A DNA stretch of 64,000 nt from an uncultured Alphaproteobacteria bacterium (GTDB lineage: Bacteria > Pseudomonadota > Alphaproteobacteria > HIMB59 > GCA-002718135). The stretch lies in the NCBI GenBank assembly GCA_902593125.1, contig CACJGU010000006.1, positions 3,662-67,661 of the forward strand, written 5' to 3'. Below, one piece after another: positions 20,757 through 30,783 of the stretch. The translations under genes and the position numbers were made by a program. Positions within the stretch are counted from its first letter, which is position 1; every line of letters starts with the position of its first letter. The notes under the pieces are model-generated. The model did no database searches. It was not told the origin of the DNA and saw only the letters and a list, made by a program, of their open reading frames with translations.

Positions 20757-20875
20757 ATATTTTCTCCTATAAAAATAAATTTATCGTATACTTTTTTTGT
20801 ATACAAATTTGAGTTTTTAGCAAAAATTATTGACAAATATATTACGTTTTTTTTAAAAAAATTGTGTATTTCTTT

Positions 20876-21784
20876 TTATAACCAAACTGGATTTAACCAA
20901 GCAAAACGGCCAAAATTGTCTATTATACTAATTCTAAACCAGTTTGTATCAAGTTGATTTAAATCAAAAATTGCCTCTGTAATATTATTACCATTTACAC
21001 TTAAAGATCTAGATCCTCTACCTACTAAAGTAATATTTTCCGCAGGAGATGTTTGTACCTTAACTAAGTTATTATCCATTTCACATTTTATAATTTCAAC
21101 GCCAGTGGAAGAATAATATTTACCTGCTTTCAAAGAATCTAAAATGGAATTTTCATTTAAATTTTCAGATGCAACCATAACCCATCCACCTCCTCCATCA
21201 GGCATTCTAAAATGAGAGTCATCAGTGGCAGTTAAATATATTTTCTTATCTTCTTGAAGAAGATAATCTACTGTTGCTGTTCCAAATCCCCTTGCAGCCT
21301 CTATATGGCAAGAGTGATTGTATATCTCTACACCATGTGCATGACTTACTGACATACATTCATCAAAAGTTAACATATACCATTCTGGATGTGCAATTGT
21401 AACAAACGCACCAGTATCAATTGCTCTTTGTATTAAGTCGTGTGCAGTTTCTTTATCGTCAGCACATTTAAAATCTACTGGTAATCCATTAGCAACAATA
21501 TGCCAAAGTTCATTCTTAACATATTTTTTTCCTTTACAATGAAGCTCAGCGGATGGAATAACAATAAAATCATTCTCATTTAAATGAGTTGTATCTAAAA
21601 CTAATTCATTAGCAAATTTTTCACCTTTCCACAGATGTTCTGAAAGGCATATAAAATCATATCCCAAATTTTTATATTCTGTTACGACTTCATTTGGTTT
21701 TAGTGCTCCATCAGAATGATTAGAATGTCCATGTAAGTTTCCTTTGAAGTAATTAGTTGAATTTTTTGAAGGTAATAAATCCAT
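20876..21784 (-). CDS. PHP-domain metallohydrolase (CehA/McbA-like phosphoesterase)
   Basis: GNLHGHSNHSDG, SEH, IAHP, EIYN, TDDSH. Confidence 0.82.
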   Translation of the reverse strand: MDLLPSKNSTNYFKGNLHGHSNHSDGALKPNEVVTEYKNLGYDFICLSEHLWKGEKFANELVLDTTHLNENDFIVIPSAELHCKGKKYVKNELWHIVANGLPVDFKCADDKETAHDLIQRAIDTGAFVTIAHPEWYMLTFDECMSVSHAHGVEIYNHSCHIEAARGFGTATVDYLLQEDKKIYLTATDDSHFRMPDGGGGWVMVASENLNENSILDSLKAGKYYSSTGVEIIKCEMDNNLVKVQTSPAENITLVGRGSRSLSVNGNNITEAIFDLNQLDTNWFRISIIDNFGRFAWLNPVWL

Positions 21785-21844
21785 ATAATTTATTTAATTA
21801 ATATTATTTATATTTTATAAAAATAAAATCTATATAAAAAACTT

Positions 21845-22894
21845 ATGTTAACTACAGTAATAGGTGCCTATCCAAAACCCAATTATATAAAAATTACTGA
21901 TTGGTTTAATGCAGCAGGTGGAACAGATACGGAGCACCCAACAAAATTTTACGATAGTGAAATAAAAAAAATGGGTAGTGAAGTTTATGAATTATTTAAA
22001 ACTGCAACAAAAGAAATTATTAAAGATCAAGAAGAGTGTGGTATTGATATTTTAACAGATGGTGAAGTTAGAAGAGAAAATTATATTCATTATCATTGCA
22101 GACATCTTGATGGTATAAATTTTGATAAGCTAACTGAAAAAGTTGCAAGAACAGGTAACTATAAATGTTGGCTGCCAACAATAACTGGAAGGGTTAGAGC
22201 TAATGCATCTTTTTTAGTTGATGAATGGAAAAATAATCAACAACTTACTTCAAAACATCTCAAGATTACAATTCCTGGACCTATGACTATAACAGACACC
22301 ATCGCTAATACTTATTACAAGTCTGATGAAGAAATGGGAGTAGATTTAGCAGATGCAATAAATGTTGAAATTAAGAGACTGGTTGATGCTGGTTGCAAGT
22401 ACATACAAGTTGATGAACCATTGTTTGCAAGAAAACCAGAGAATGCTCTAAATTTTGGAATTAAAAATTTAGAAAGGTGTTTTAAAGATATAAATAATAA
22501 AAATGTTGAAAAAATAACTCACATTTGTTGCGGTTATCCAGATAAGTTAGACGCAATTAATTATCCGAAGGCACCTCTAAATTCTTATAGTAAAATTAGT
22601 AAAGAGCTAGATAAATCAATTATTGATACAGTTTCTATTGAAGATGCACATAGATATAATAACCTTGAATTTTTAAAAGATTTTAACAATACAAAAGTTA
22701 TTTTTGGATTAATAAAAATTGCAAGTTCTCAAATAGAAACTAAAGAGGAAATAGTTAGCAGAATAAAAGAAGTAATTAAATTTATAGATAAGAAACAACT
22801 AATAGTAGCTCCTGATTGTGGATTAGGACATTTGCCAAGAGATTTAGCAAAGAATAAGCTTAAAATTATGGTTGAAGCTGCAAAAAGTTTTTAA
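21845..22894 (+). CDS. Cobalamin-independent methionine synthase II family (catalytic domain only)
   Basis: TTVIGAYPKP, TDGEVRR, PGPMT, IQVDEP, HICCGY, PDCG (Zn ligands). Confidence 0.85.
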   Translation: MLTTVIGAYPKPNYIKITDWFNAAGGTDTEHPTKFYDSEIKKMGSEVYELFKTATKEIIKDQEECGIDILTDGEVRRENYIHYHCRHLDGINFDKLTEKVARTGNYKCWLPTITGRVRANASFLVDEWKNNQQLTSKHLKITIPGPMTITDTIANTYYKSDEEMGVDLADAINVEIKRLVDAGCKYIQVDEPLFARKPENALNFGIKNLERCFKDINNKNVEKITHICCGYPDKLDAINYPKAPLNSYSKISKELDKSIIDTVSIEDAHRYNNLEFLKDFNNTKVIFGLIKIASSQIETKEEIVSRIKEVIKFIDKKQLIVAPDCGLGHLPRDLAKNKLKIMVEAAKSF

Positions 22895-24006
22895 TGAATT
22901 AAAGTTTCTGGATCAACATACTCATAATTAAGATCATCAGCAATAGCTTTATATGTAACTAGGCCTTTATAAACATTTAGACCATTCATAAAGTGTTTGT
23001 CATTTTTTAACGCTTCATTAAAACCATTTCTAGCTAAGTTTTGAATAAAAGATAAAGTTACTGAATTTAAAGCTAAGGTTGAGGTTTTAGGTACACCTCC
23101 TGGCATGTTTGCAACACAATAATGAACGATATCGTCAACAACATAAGTTGGGTTAGCGTGAGTTGTTGGTTTGCTTGTCTCAACACATCCTCCTTGATCG
23201 ATTGCAACATCAACAATTACAGATCCACTTTTCATTTCTTTGATCATTTCTTTAGTTATAATTTTTGGTGCATTAGAGCCTGGCACTAAGACTCCCCCTA
23301 TTAATAAATCACATTCAGAAATATAATCTTGTATATTTATTTTATCGCTATGAAGAGGTTCAATTTTATCTCCAAATTTTTCTTGTAATTCTTCCAAACG
23401 TTTTTCAGATTTGTCAGTGATGAAAACTTTTGCCTGCATTCCTGTTGCAATTATGGCTGCATTTTCTCCAACAACGCCTCCTCCTAAAATTAAAACTTTA
23501 GCTGGTAAGACTCCAGGAGCACCACCTAGTAGCAAACCACTTCCACCTTTGTGTTTTTCAAGTGAATATGCTCCAGCTTGAATTGACATCCTACCAGCGA
23601 CTGCACTCATGGGTGCTAAAAGTGGTAATTTATTATTTTGATCAGTTACAGTCTCATAAGCAATACAAATTGATTTTGAATCAATTAAACCCTTTGTTAA
23701 CTGTGGAGCAGCTGAGAGATGTAAATAAGTAAATAGTATCTGATTTTCTTTTAACATTTCTACTTCATTCATTTGTGGCTCTTTAACCTTGATGATCATT
23801 TCAGAGTCATTGAATATATCCTCTGCTGAATTTACAATTTTTGCGCCAGAAATTTCATAATCATTATTTGAGAATCCTGCTCCAATTCCAGCATTATTTT
23901 GAATCAAAACAGTATGATTATCTTTAACTAATTCTTTTACACTTTGAGGGGTAAGACCAACTCTAGATTCTTGCGCTTTTATTTCAGAGGGTACTCCAAT
24001 TTTCAT
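22891..24006 (-). CDS. ald: Alanine dehydrogenase
   Basis: MKIGVPSEIK..ESRVG, KVKEP, PMSAVAGRMS, GGGVVG, DVAIDQGGC, HYCVANMPG. Confidence 0.95.
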   Translation of the reverse strand: MKIGVPSEIKAQESRVGLTPQSVKELVKDNHTVLIQNNAGIGAGFSNNDYEISGAKIVNSAEDIFNDSEMIIKVKEPQMNEVEMLKENQILFTYLHLSAAPQLTKGLIDSKSICIAYETVTDQNNKLPLLAPMSAVAGRMSIQAGAYSLEKHKGGSGLLLGGAPGVLPAKVLILGGGVVGENAAIIATGMQAKVFITDKSEKRLEELQEKFGDKIEPLHSDKINIQDYISECDLLIGGVLVPGSNAPKIITKEMIKEMKSGSVIVDVAIDQGGCVETSKPTTHANPTYVVDDIVHYCVANMPGGVPKTSTLALNSVTLSFIQNLARNGFNEALKNDKHFMNGLNVYKGLVTYKAIADDLNYEYVDPETLIH

Positions 24007-25346
24007 TATCTATCACGCATATAATTTGAGATACCAGTTCTTAACTTGTCAATAATCTCATCTATATGTTTTTTTTCGCAAATAAATGGTGGAGCAACAA
24101 TTAAACAGTCTCCAGTTGCTTTAAGACTTAAACCAGCATCAAATAACTTTTTGAAACAAGCATAACCTGCTTTGCCTAAACGCTCGTCCATTTTAATATC
24201 AATACCACCCATCATTCCATAACCTCTAATATCAGTAATAATATCAAGGTCCTTCAAAGAAAATAATCCATCTAAGAAATATGGTGACATATCTTTTGCT
24301 CTACCAAAAAGATTTTCCTTTTCTATAATATCCTGCATTGCAAGACCAGCCGCCATTGATACAGGGATTGCTGAATAAGTATAGCCATGAAAGAACTCAA
24401 TTGCACCAGTTGGTGACGCATCAACAATGGTATCATATATATGATCTCTAGAAGCTACAGCACCCAGAGGCACAACCCCGTTTGTTATTGCTTTTGCCAT
24501 AGTAATAATATCAGGACATACATCAAATGCTTGTGCTCCAAATGGAGCTCCCATTCTACCCCAACCAGTTATAACTTCATCAAAGATTAAAAGTATGCCA
24601 TGCTTGTCACAAATTTCTCTAAGACGTTTTAGATATCCTTTTGGTGGAACAAGAGTTCCGGTAGAACCTGCAACTGGCTCAACAATGCAAGCTGCAATAT
24701 TTTCAGCTCCAATGTTACCGGCTATTCTCTCCAAATCATCAGCAAGATTAGCTCCTGTTTCTGGTTCACCTTTTACAAAAAGATTTTCAGGTAAATGAGT
24801 ATGTCTTAAATGATGAACATTAGGCATCAAAATATTTGAGAAAGTTTTTCTATTTGCAATCATTCCTCCAACAGAAATCCCGCCTATATTCATGCCGTGA
24901 TATCCACGCTCTCTCCCAACAATATGAGATCTATGTCCTTCTCCTTTAGCTTTAAAATATGCAATTGCAGTTTTGATTGCTGTTTCTACAGCTGATGAAC
25001 CACAAATTGTAAAAAAAATTTTATTTAAATCTTCTGGTGTATGTTTTGAAACTTTTCGTGCTAAATCAAATGAGCCACCAAATCCTTGTTGAAATGGTTG
25101 AACATAATCTAGTTGTTCTAATTGATTAGAAACTGCTTCTCTTATTTCTGGTCTTGAATGACCTGCTGGACTACAAAATAAACCTGAACTTGCATCAATT
25201 AATTTATTTCCATAATGATCTGTATAGTAAACTCCTTCTGCTTTGACCATCAATCTTGGACTATTTTTATAGTCTCTGTTTGAAGTGAAGGGCATCCAAT
25301 GTTCTTCTAGAGAATTTGGTATTTCAGTTCTTTTTTCTAAATCCAT
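24006..25346 (-). CDS. Class III aminotransferase (omega-amino acid:pyruvate type)
   Basis: HWMPFT, GYHG, IVEPVAGSTG, FDEVITGWGR, MAKAITNG, FFHGYTYS. Confidence 0.88.
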   Translation of the reverse strand: MDLEKRTEIPNSLEEHWMPFTSNRDYKNSPRLMVKAEGVYYTDHYGNKLIDASSGLFCSPAGHSRPEIREAVSNQLEQLDYVQPFQQGFGGSFDLARKVSKHTPEDLNKIFFTICGSSAVETAIKTAIAYFKAKGEGHRSHIVGRERGYHGMNIGGISVGGMIANRKTFSNILMPNVHHLRHTHLPENLFVKGEPETGANLADDLERIAGNIGAENIAACIVEPVAGSTGTLVPPKGYLKRLREICDKHGILLIFDEVITGWGRMGAPFGAQAFDVCPDIITMAKAITNGVVPLGAVASRDHIYDTIVDASPTGAIEFFHGYTYSAIPVSMAAGLAMQDIIEKENLFGRAKDMSPYFLDGLFSLKDLDIITDIRGYGMMGGIDIKMDERLGKAGYACFKKLFDAGLSLKATGDCLIVAPPFICEKKHIDEIIDKLRTGISNYMRDR

Positions 25347-25460
25347 TTTTTCCTTTTTTTTTATTGAGTATACGAAAATTGACCTGAATTAAAGAGTATT
25401 TGTATATATTAAGAGAAATATAATAGGAAAAAATGTAGCAGTAGTATAGAGAGTGAAATT

Positions 25461-26360
25461 ATGACTGCTATTCCAGAAGATCTTAAAAACATAGCATTGA
25501 GAACTCCTAATATTCCTGCAGCAGTTGTATGTCCTGATCAAGAAAGTGTTTTATTGGCTATTAATGAAGCAAATAAAATTGGTTTACTTGATCCAATATT
25601 AGTTGGTAATAAAAAATCAATTGAGCAAGTAGCTTCTAAAATAGATTTAAATATTCAAGATTATAATATTGTTGAAACTAGTAATGAACAAGAAAGTGCC
25701 TCAGTAGCTTGTCAAATGGCAAATGAAGGCAGAAGTAAAATTATAGTCAAAGGAAATTTACATACAGATATATTAATGCGATTTTACCTAAAAAAAGAAT
25801 TTAATTTACTTCAAGGTAAAAGACTAAGTCATATATGGCATATGACAGCATCTCAATTAAAAAAACCGATTTATATTACAGATGGTGCGCTTAATGTATT
25901 GCCTAGAGTTGAGATAAAATTACAAATATTAAAAAATGCAGTAGAATTTTATAATAAAGTAAATTCAAACAAGCCTAATGTCGCGATCTTGTCAGGTACT
26001 GAGGACCCAATTGAAAGTATGCCAAGCTCAGTAGATGCAAAAAAAGTCATGGAACTATCTAAAGAGGAAAATATTAATGCTTTTATTCATGGCCCTTTGG
26101 CATTTGATAATGCTGTATCTAAAAAAGCAGCAGAAATAAAAAATATTGAAAATGAAGTAGCTGGAAATGCTGATATACTATTAGTACCTAATCTAGAAAC
26201 TGGTAATTCTTTATCTAAGATGATGGTATATTTCATGAATGCATGTGCTGCTGGAATTGTTATTGGTGGCAAAACACCTATTGTAGTTCCAAGTAGAGCA
26301 GATAGTATGAATTCGAAATTAGCATCAATTATGGCTGCAATAGTAGCCTCTGAGAATTAA
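25461..26360 (+). CDS. pta: Phosphate acetyl/butyryltransferase
   Basis: VKGNLHTD, ITDGALN, GPLAFDNAVS, VAGNADILLVPNLETGN, PSRAD. Confidence 0.82.
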   Translation: MTAIPEDLKNIALRTPNIPAAVVCPDQESVLLAINEANKIGLLDPILVGNKKSIEQVASKIDLNIQDYNIVETSNEQESASVACQMANEGRSKIIVKGNLHTDILMRFYLKKEFNLLQGKRLSHIWHMTASQLKKPIYITDGALNVLPRVEIKLQILKNAVEFYNKVNSNKPNVAILSGTEDPIESMPSSVDAKKVMELSKEENINAFIHGPLAFDNAVSKKAAEIKNIENEVAGNADILLVPNLETGNSLSKMMVYFMNACAAGIVIGGKTPIVVPSRADSMNSKLASIMAAIVASEN

Positions 26361-27307
26361 TTATTATCTAAATTATTTATATTAGTTAGATATATACTAT
26401 CTTTTAAATCAGGACATTCACTAATATTATGGTCATAATAATCATCGTTATTGTAATCTAAATATTTTGAACCTGAAAATTTAAATAAGATATCATCTCT
26501 TGAGTCATTTACATGGAAAATATCATCGGTATCTTTATTTTTTGAACAGCTGTTAGGAAAACCAATAAGATGTAACAATTCATGTAATACAGTTTGTTCT
26601 TCACTATTTAGTTCATCATTAGAAGTTTGAATTATATCTACACATGTATCTTTATTTTTAAAATCTGAATTAGTGTATATAATAGAAACCTTTCCTCCAA
26701 ATCTAGCACGTCCGCATGTTGTATGAAAAAAACTTTTTCTTTTTTCCCAGCCTTCAAAAAAAACTATAAACTTTTTTGTTTCAAAGTTATTGAATAAATT
26801 CTTGTTTGAAAGAATAATTTTTTCAACCTTAGAAGAATTGTCATCAGAACTATTTTGTTTTGAATTATACAAATTAAACCATTTTAATGTTTTGTTCACT
26901 CTCATAAAGGTAATATCAAGTGAATTTATTCCATAATCAAATTTAATTTTCTGTTTATTACTTTTTTCTGAAAACCATTTATTAATATTTCTTATAGTTT
27001 TAACTATTCTATTGTTTATATCTAAATCTCTACTTATTTGATCACATGGAACAAAATAAATTAAATGAATTAAATTCTCATCTTGATCTTTTTTATCAAG
27101 AAAACTTCTATTATCTGATTTATCTTGTTGTAATCTTATTATATTTTTTTTAATTTTTTTTTCATTATCATTACAATACTCTGGAATAATTTTATCTTGA
27201 GGTTTAAAAAAATATTTCCATTCGTCATCGTAAAACTGAAAATACAAAACTAATAAAATTATTAAGATAAAAAAAATCGATACTGGTAAAATAAAGTATC
27301 GATGCAT
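26357..27307 (-). CDS. Membrane-anchored hypothetical protein with HEXXH zinc-metallopeptidase motif
   Basis: N-terminal TM helix; VLHELLHLIGF. Confidence 0.65.
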   Translation of the reverse strand: MHRYFILPVSIFFILIILLVLYFQFYDDEWKYFFKPQDKIIPEYCNDNEKKIKKNIIRLQQDKSDNRSFLDKKDQDENLIHLIYFVPCDQISRDLDINNRIVKTIRNINKWFSEKSNKQKIKFDYGINSLDITFMRVNKTLKWFNLYNSKQNSSDDNSSKVEKIILSNKNLFNNFETKKFIVFFEGWEKRKSFFHTTCGRARFGGKVSIIYTNSDFKNKDTCVDIIQTSNDELNSEEQTVLHELLHLIGFPNSCSKNKDTDDIFHVNDSRDDILFKFSGSKYLDYNNDDYYDHNISECPDLKDSIYLTNINNLDNN

Positions 27308-27317
27308 TAGTTAAAGA

Positions 27318-28085
27318 TTATTTTGCTGTCCATCCACCATCTATCACAACAGAAGATCCTGTCATCATTGAAGAAGCATCTGATGCTAAATATACAACTG
27401 CAGTAGCAATGTCAGCTTCAGTTGCTACTTTTCCTAAAGGTATGTTTTCAATTACAGATTTTTTAAAATTTTTATCTTTAAAAAATTTTTTTACCATCGG
27501 TGTTTCAACAAAAGTTGGGCAAACAGAATTCACTCTAATGTTGTATTTAGCTAGATCAACAGCCATGCCTTTTGTCAATCCTTCCATTCCAAATTTTGTC
27601 ATATTGTAAACACTTCTTAGAGGTGCGCCTACTTTACCTAATTGTGATGATATATTAATTATCGATCCGCCAATTTTTTTTCGATTTTTTGATTTAAGCA
27701 TAACTTTTGTTGCCAATTGTGCAATATCAAATGATGCTTTAATATTAAGATCAACAACCTCACTCATATCTTTTCTTTTAATTTTGGTAAAATATTCAGG
27801 TCTATTTGTGCCAGCATTATTTACTAATATGTCTAATTTGTTGATTTCAGAAAATATTTTTTTAATTTCTTTTACATTTGTTACATCACACACATAATAA
27901 TTACATTTCTTTTTGAGTTTTTTAATTTTGTTTTGAACAATTAAGAGATCTTTCTCTGTTCGACTCAGAATAATTACATTTGCACCTGCTTCTGCTAATG
28001 CTATCGCACATGCTTTACCTATACCTTTTCCTGATCCTGTAACAAGAGCGGTTTTGTTATTTATATTAAAATTTTTAAGAAACAT
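27318..28085 (-). CDS. Short-chain dehydrogenase/reductase
   Basis: TGSGKGIG, NNAG, ISSQ, YNMTK, CPTFVETP, DGGW. Confidence 0.9.
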   Translation of the reverse strand: MFLKNFNINNKTALVTGSGKGIGKACAIALAEAGANVIILSRTEKDLLIVQNKIKKLKKKCNYYVCDVTNVKEIKKIFSEINKLDILVNNAGTNRPEYFTKIKRKDMSEVVDLNIKASFDIAQLATKVMLKSKNRKKIGGSIINISSQLGKVGAPLRSVYNMTKFGMEGLTKGMAVDLAKYNIRVNSVCPTFVETPMVKKFFKDKNFKKSVIENIPLGKVATEADIATAVVYLASDASSMMTGSSVVIDGGWTAK

Positions 28086-28098
28086 TTATTCTGATTAT

Positions 28099-28758
28099 TT
28101 ACAATGAAAAGATAGATTGATCTAATAAATTCATTTTTTTGATGCACATTTGAAAATTATCTTCTTGGTGGTAGTCACCCGGAAATCCGATGCACTTAAT
28201 TCCTGCACTCACAGCAGAATTACTACTTTCTTCAGTATCCTCTATTGCAAGACAATCTTCTGCTTGTAAATTAAGTTTATCTAAAGTGACTTTGTAAATT
28301 TCTGGATGTGGTTTTTCCTTTTTAACAAACGATTTATTGCCAATAAAGTCAAAATCTTCTTTAGAAATTTGACCAGAAAGACTTTCGAATACTGCATCGA
28401 CATTATTTAAAGTTGTAGAAGTTGAGAAAGCAAGTTTAAAATTATTATCTTTTGAATACTTAATTATTTCATCAACACTTTTTCTTAATTTTTGTTTGTT
28501 TTTAATAATGAATGAACTGAAGATTTCTGTTTTTCTATTTCTAATTTGTGATGCATTTACATTAGTATTATTTTTCTCAGCAAAATCTTCTACTCTTTTT
28601 GTCCCACCAGATTTTTTTAACAAAATTTTATAATCTTGCTCATCCCAATACCAATCTAGACCAGCTTCTTTGAAAGCTGTATTAAATGAATTACGTTGAA
28701 TATTAGAAGATTCGATAAGGGTTCCAATCGATCCGAACAGCAGAGCTTTGTATTTCAT
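28099..28758 (-). CDS. HAD-fold CbbY-like protein (motif I Asp residues absent)
   Basis: LLFGSIGTL, QRNSFN.AF...GLDWYW, KPHPEIY, AIEDT. Confidence 0.8.
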   Translation of the reverse strand: MKYKALLFGSIGTLIESSNIQRNSFNTAFKEAGLDWYWDEQDYKILLKKSGGTKRVEDFAEKNNTNVNASQIRNRKTEIFSSFIIKNKQKLRKSVDEIIKYSKDNNFKLAFSTSTTLNNVDAVFESLSGQISKEDFDFIGNKSFVKKEKPHPEIYKVTLDKLNLQAEDCLAIEDTEESSNSAVSAGIKCIGFPGDYHQEDNFQMCIKKMNLLDQSIFSL

Positions 28759-28788
28759 AATAAAACCTATATTTAACTAATATGTTTT

Positions 28789-29670
28789 TTAACCCTTTAC
28801 TGCACCTGCAGTTAAACCACTAATTAATTGTCGCTGAAAAAACATTACGATCATAAATAATGGTGCTGTTGCAGAAACAACACTAGCTACCGCCCACATG
28901 TAATTACCTCCGTACTCTACTGTTCCAAGATATGCATTGATTTTTGGAACCATAGTGTAGTTTTCTTGATTAAGTAACAAAGCAGTTACTGTAAAATCAT
29001 TATATGCTAACATTAAACTAAATAAGCCAGCTGTTATAACTCCTGGCCACATAACAGGCATAATTATAAAACGAAATGCTTGAAAATATGAACAGCCGTC
29101 AATTAAAGCACTTTCATCCAATTCTTTAGGCACTGTTTTAAAAAATGAATATAATAACCACAAAGTAAATGGTTGGTTAATTGCTACCAACACAATTATC
29201 GTAGTTGGTAAAATACCCCAAACTCCAAATTGAAAAAAAGGAAATAAATAACCTGACACCAAAGTGATGTGCGGCATTGCTCTAAAAATTAATGCTGCAA
29301 TTAAAATCCAAAAGGTATACTTATAGGTTGATCTTGATAGAGCATAAGCACCAAGTGTTCCTAAAAATAAAGAAATAGATACGACAGATATTGTGACTAT
29401 AATTGTATTTAAAGCAGCTCTTCCAAATTCACCTTCAGTCCAAGATTCTATATAACCATTTAATGTAAAATTTCTTCCAGTTTCAATTAGGGTATTAAAG
29501 CCAGAAATAGCATAATACCAGTCAGCTCTTGAAAAAAAGTCTGCTTTGACCTTTAATGATCCCCACAGTGTCCAGAGAAAAGGAAAAACGGAGATGGTCA
29601 ACCAAAAAATAATAAAAATTGAATTTATAATTATTAATTGTTTAGAATATTTATTAACTTTTGATTCCAT
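28789..29670 (-). CDS. Carbohydrate (CUT1) ABC permease, MalG-like
   Basis: EAA loop VPKELDESALIDGCS; six TM helices. Confidence 0.9.
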   Translation of the reverse strand: MESKVNKYSKQLIIINSIFIIFWLTISVFPFLWTLWGSLKVKADFFSRADWYYAISGFNTLIETGRNFTLNGYIESWTEGEFGRAALNTIIVTISVVSISLFLGTLGAYALSRSTYKYTFWILIAALIFRAMPHITLVSGYLFPFFQFGVWGILPTTIIVLVAINQPFTLWLLYSFFKTVPKELDESALIDGCSYFQAFRFIIMPVMWPGVITAGLFSLMLAYNDFTVTALLLNQENYTMVPKINAYLGTVEYGGNYMWAVASVVSATAPLFMIVMFFQRQLISGLTAGAVKG

Positions 29671-30699
29671 TTATCTCTCAGTTTTAAATTCTTTCCATGT
29701 TCTAATAAGAACTGGAGTTAGAAGGATTCCTACTCCCAAAATTGTTAGCATTGACGTTGCTCCTGCCGATCCAAATAACATTAATGTTTCATTTCTAAGA
29801 TCTTTGTAAATCATCCATGATAAAGATTGCGCTACTCCTTCAGCACTAAAACCTATAATCGGTTCAAAAACTCTAAAGTTATCCATTAAACATATTAAAG
29901 CAATAAAGGTTGCGACTGGATATAAATGAGGAAGAACAATATGCCTTACTCTTTGAGATCGTGAAGCTCCATCGATTACAGCTGCCTCCATTGGATCTTG
30001 AGGTACTGTTTGAAGTCCAGCGTAAAAAACAACAAAAGCAAAAGGTGTATTGTGCCAAATTCCATATATTATTAATGTAATCCAAGTTAATTTTTTTGAT
30101 GATTTTAAAGATAAATTTGGATCATCAAAAATAATTTGAATAGTTGCGCCTAATATACCTTGAGAGTCTATCATCCAAAATAATACTAAAGAGCCTATTA
30201 AAGGAGTCACAATCATTGGGAGTATAGTTCCAAAAATTACCATTCCTTTTATACTTTTAGCTAAAACATTTACAGAAAGAGCAACGATAAATCCTAAAAC
30301 AATTACACACGGGGTAACACTAAAACAAAAAGTGAGAGTGAAAAGTAAACTCTTATAAAAAGGAAGATTTAAAACTTTTTTCATAAAATCTGAGAAATTA
30401 TTTGTACTGACCCATGCCTCTTTAACTTCTCCAAAAGCTAAATGATTTCTATCTTTGTATGTTTCTAATCCATTAAATCTACCTAGAGGATTTTCCGCCC
30501 TTGCTAGAGCTGTAGCTTCCTGATCAACTTGTACTTCTGTTTCACAGCCGAAAGGATCACATGTTTCCACCTCTATTAGTATTTGTTCAGGCTCAATATG
30601 AAGTGATTGAAAAAAACTTGAAAATATAGGAAGCCCTATAAATAGAACCATTGCCAATCCACTTGGAAAAAAGAACCAGAAAAAAGTTTTATGAGGCAT
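29671..30699 (-). CDS. Carbohydrate (CUT1) ABC permease, MalF-like
   Basis: WHNTPF..YAGLQTVP...EAAVIDGAS, DNFRVFE. Confidence 0.9.
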   Translation of the reverse strand: MPHKTFFWFFFPSGLAMVLFIGLPIFSSFFQSLHIEPEQILIEVETCDPFGCETEVQVDQEATALARAENPLGRFNGLETYKDRNHLAFGEVKEAWVSTNNFSDFMKKVLNLPFYKSLLFTLTFCFSVTPCVIVLGFIVALSVNVLAKSIKGMVIFGTILPMIVTPLIGSLVLFWMIDSQGILGATIQIIFDDPNLSLKSSKKLTWITLIIYGIWHNTPFAFVVFYAGLQTVPQDPMEAAVIDGASRSQRVRHIVLPHLYPVATFIALICLMDNFRVFEPIIGFSAEGVAQSLSWMIYKDLRNETLMLFGSAGATSMLTILGVGILLTPVLIRTWKEFKTER

Positions 30700-30741
30700 T
30701 ACTCATACTTTTATATTTTTATTGTTAAGATGTAACAAAAA

Positions 30742-30770
30742 TGAGAGTGGAACATATTGTTCCACTCTCA
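30742..30770 (-). terminator. Intrinsic terminator / hairpin between SBP and permease genes
   Basis: TGAGAGTGGAACA-tat-TGTTCCACTCTCA perfect 13-bp stem followed by U-run on minus strand. Confidence 0.8.
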
Positions 30771-30783
30771 ATATTTATTTAGT

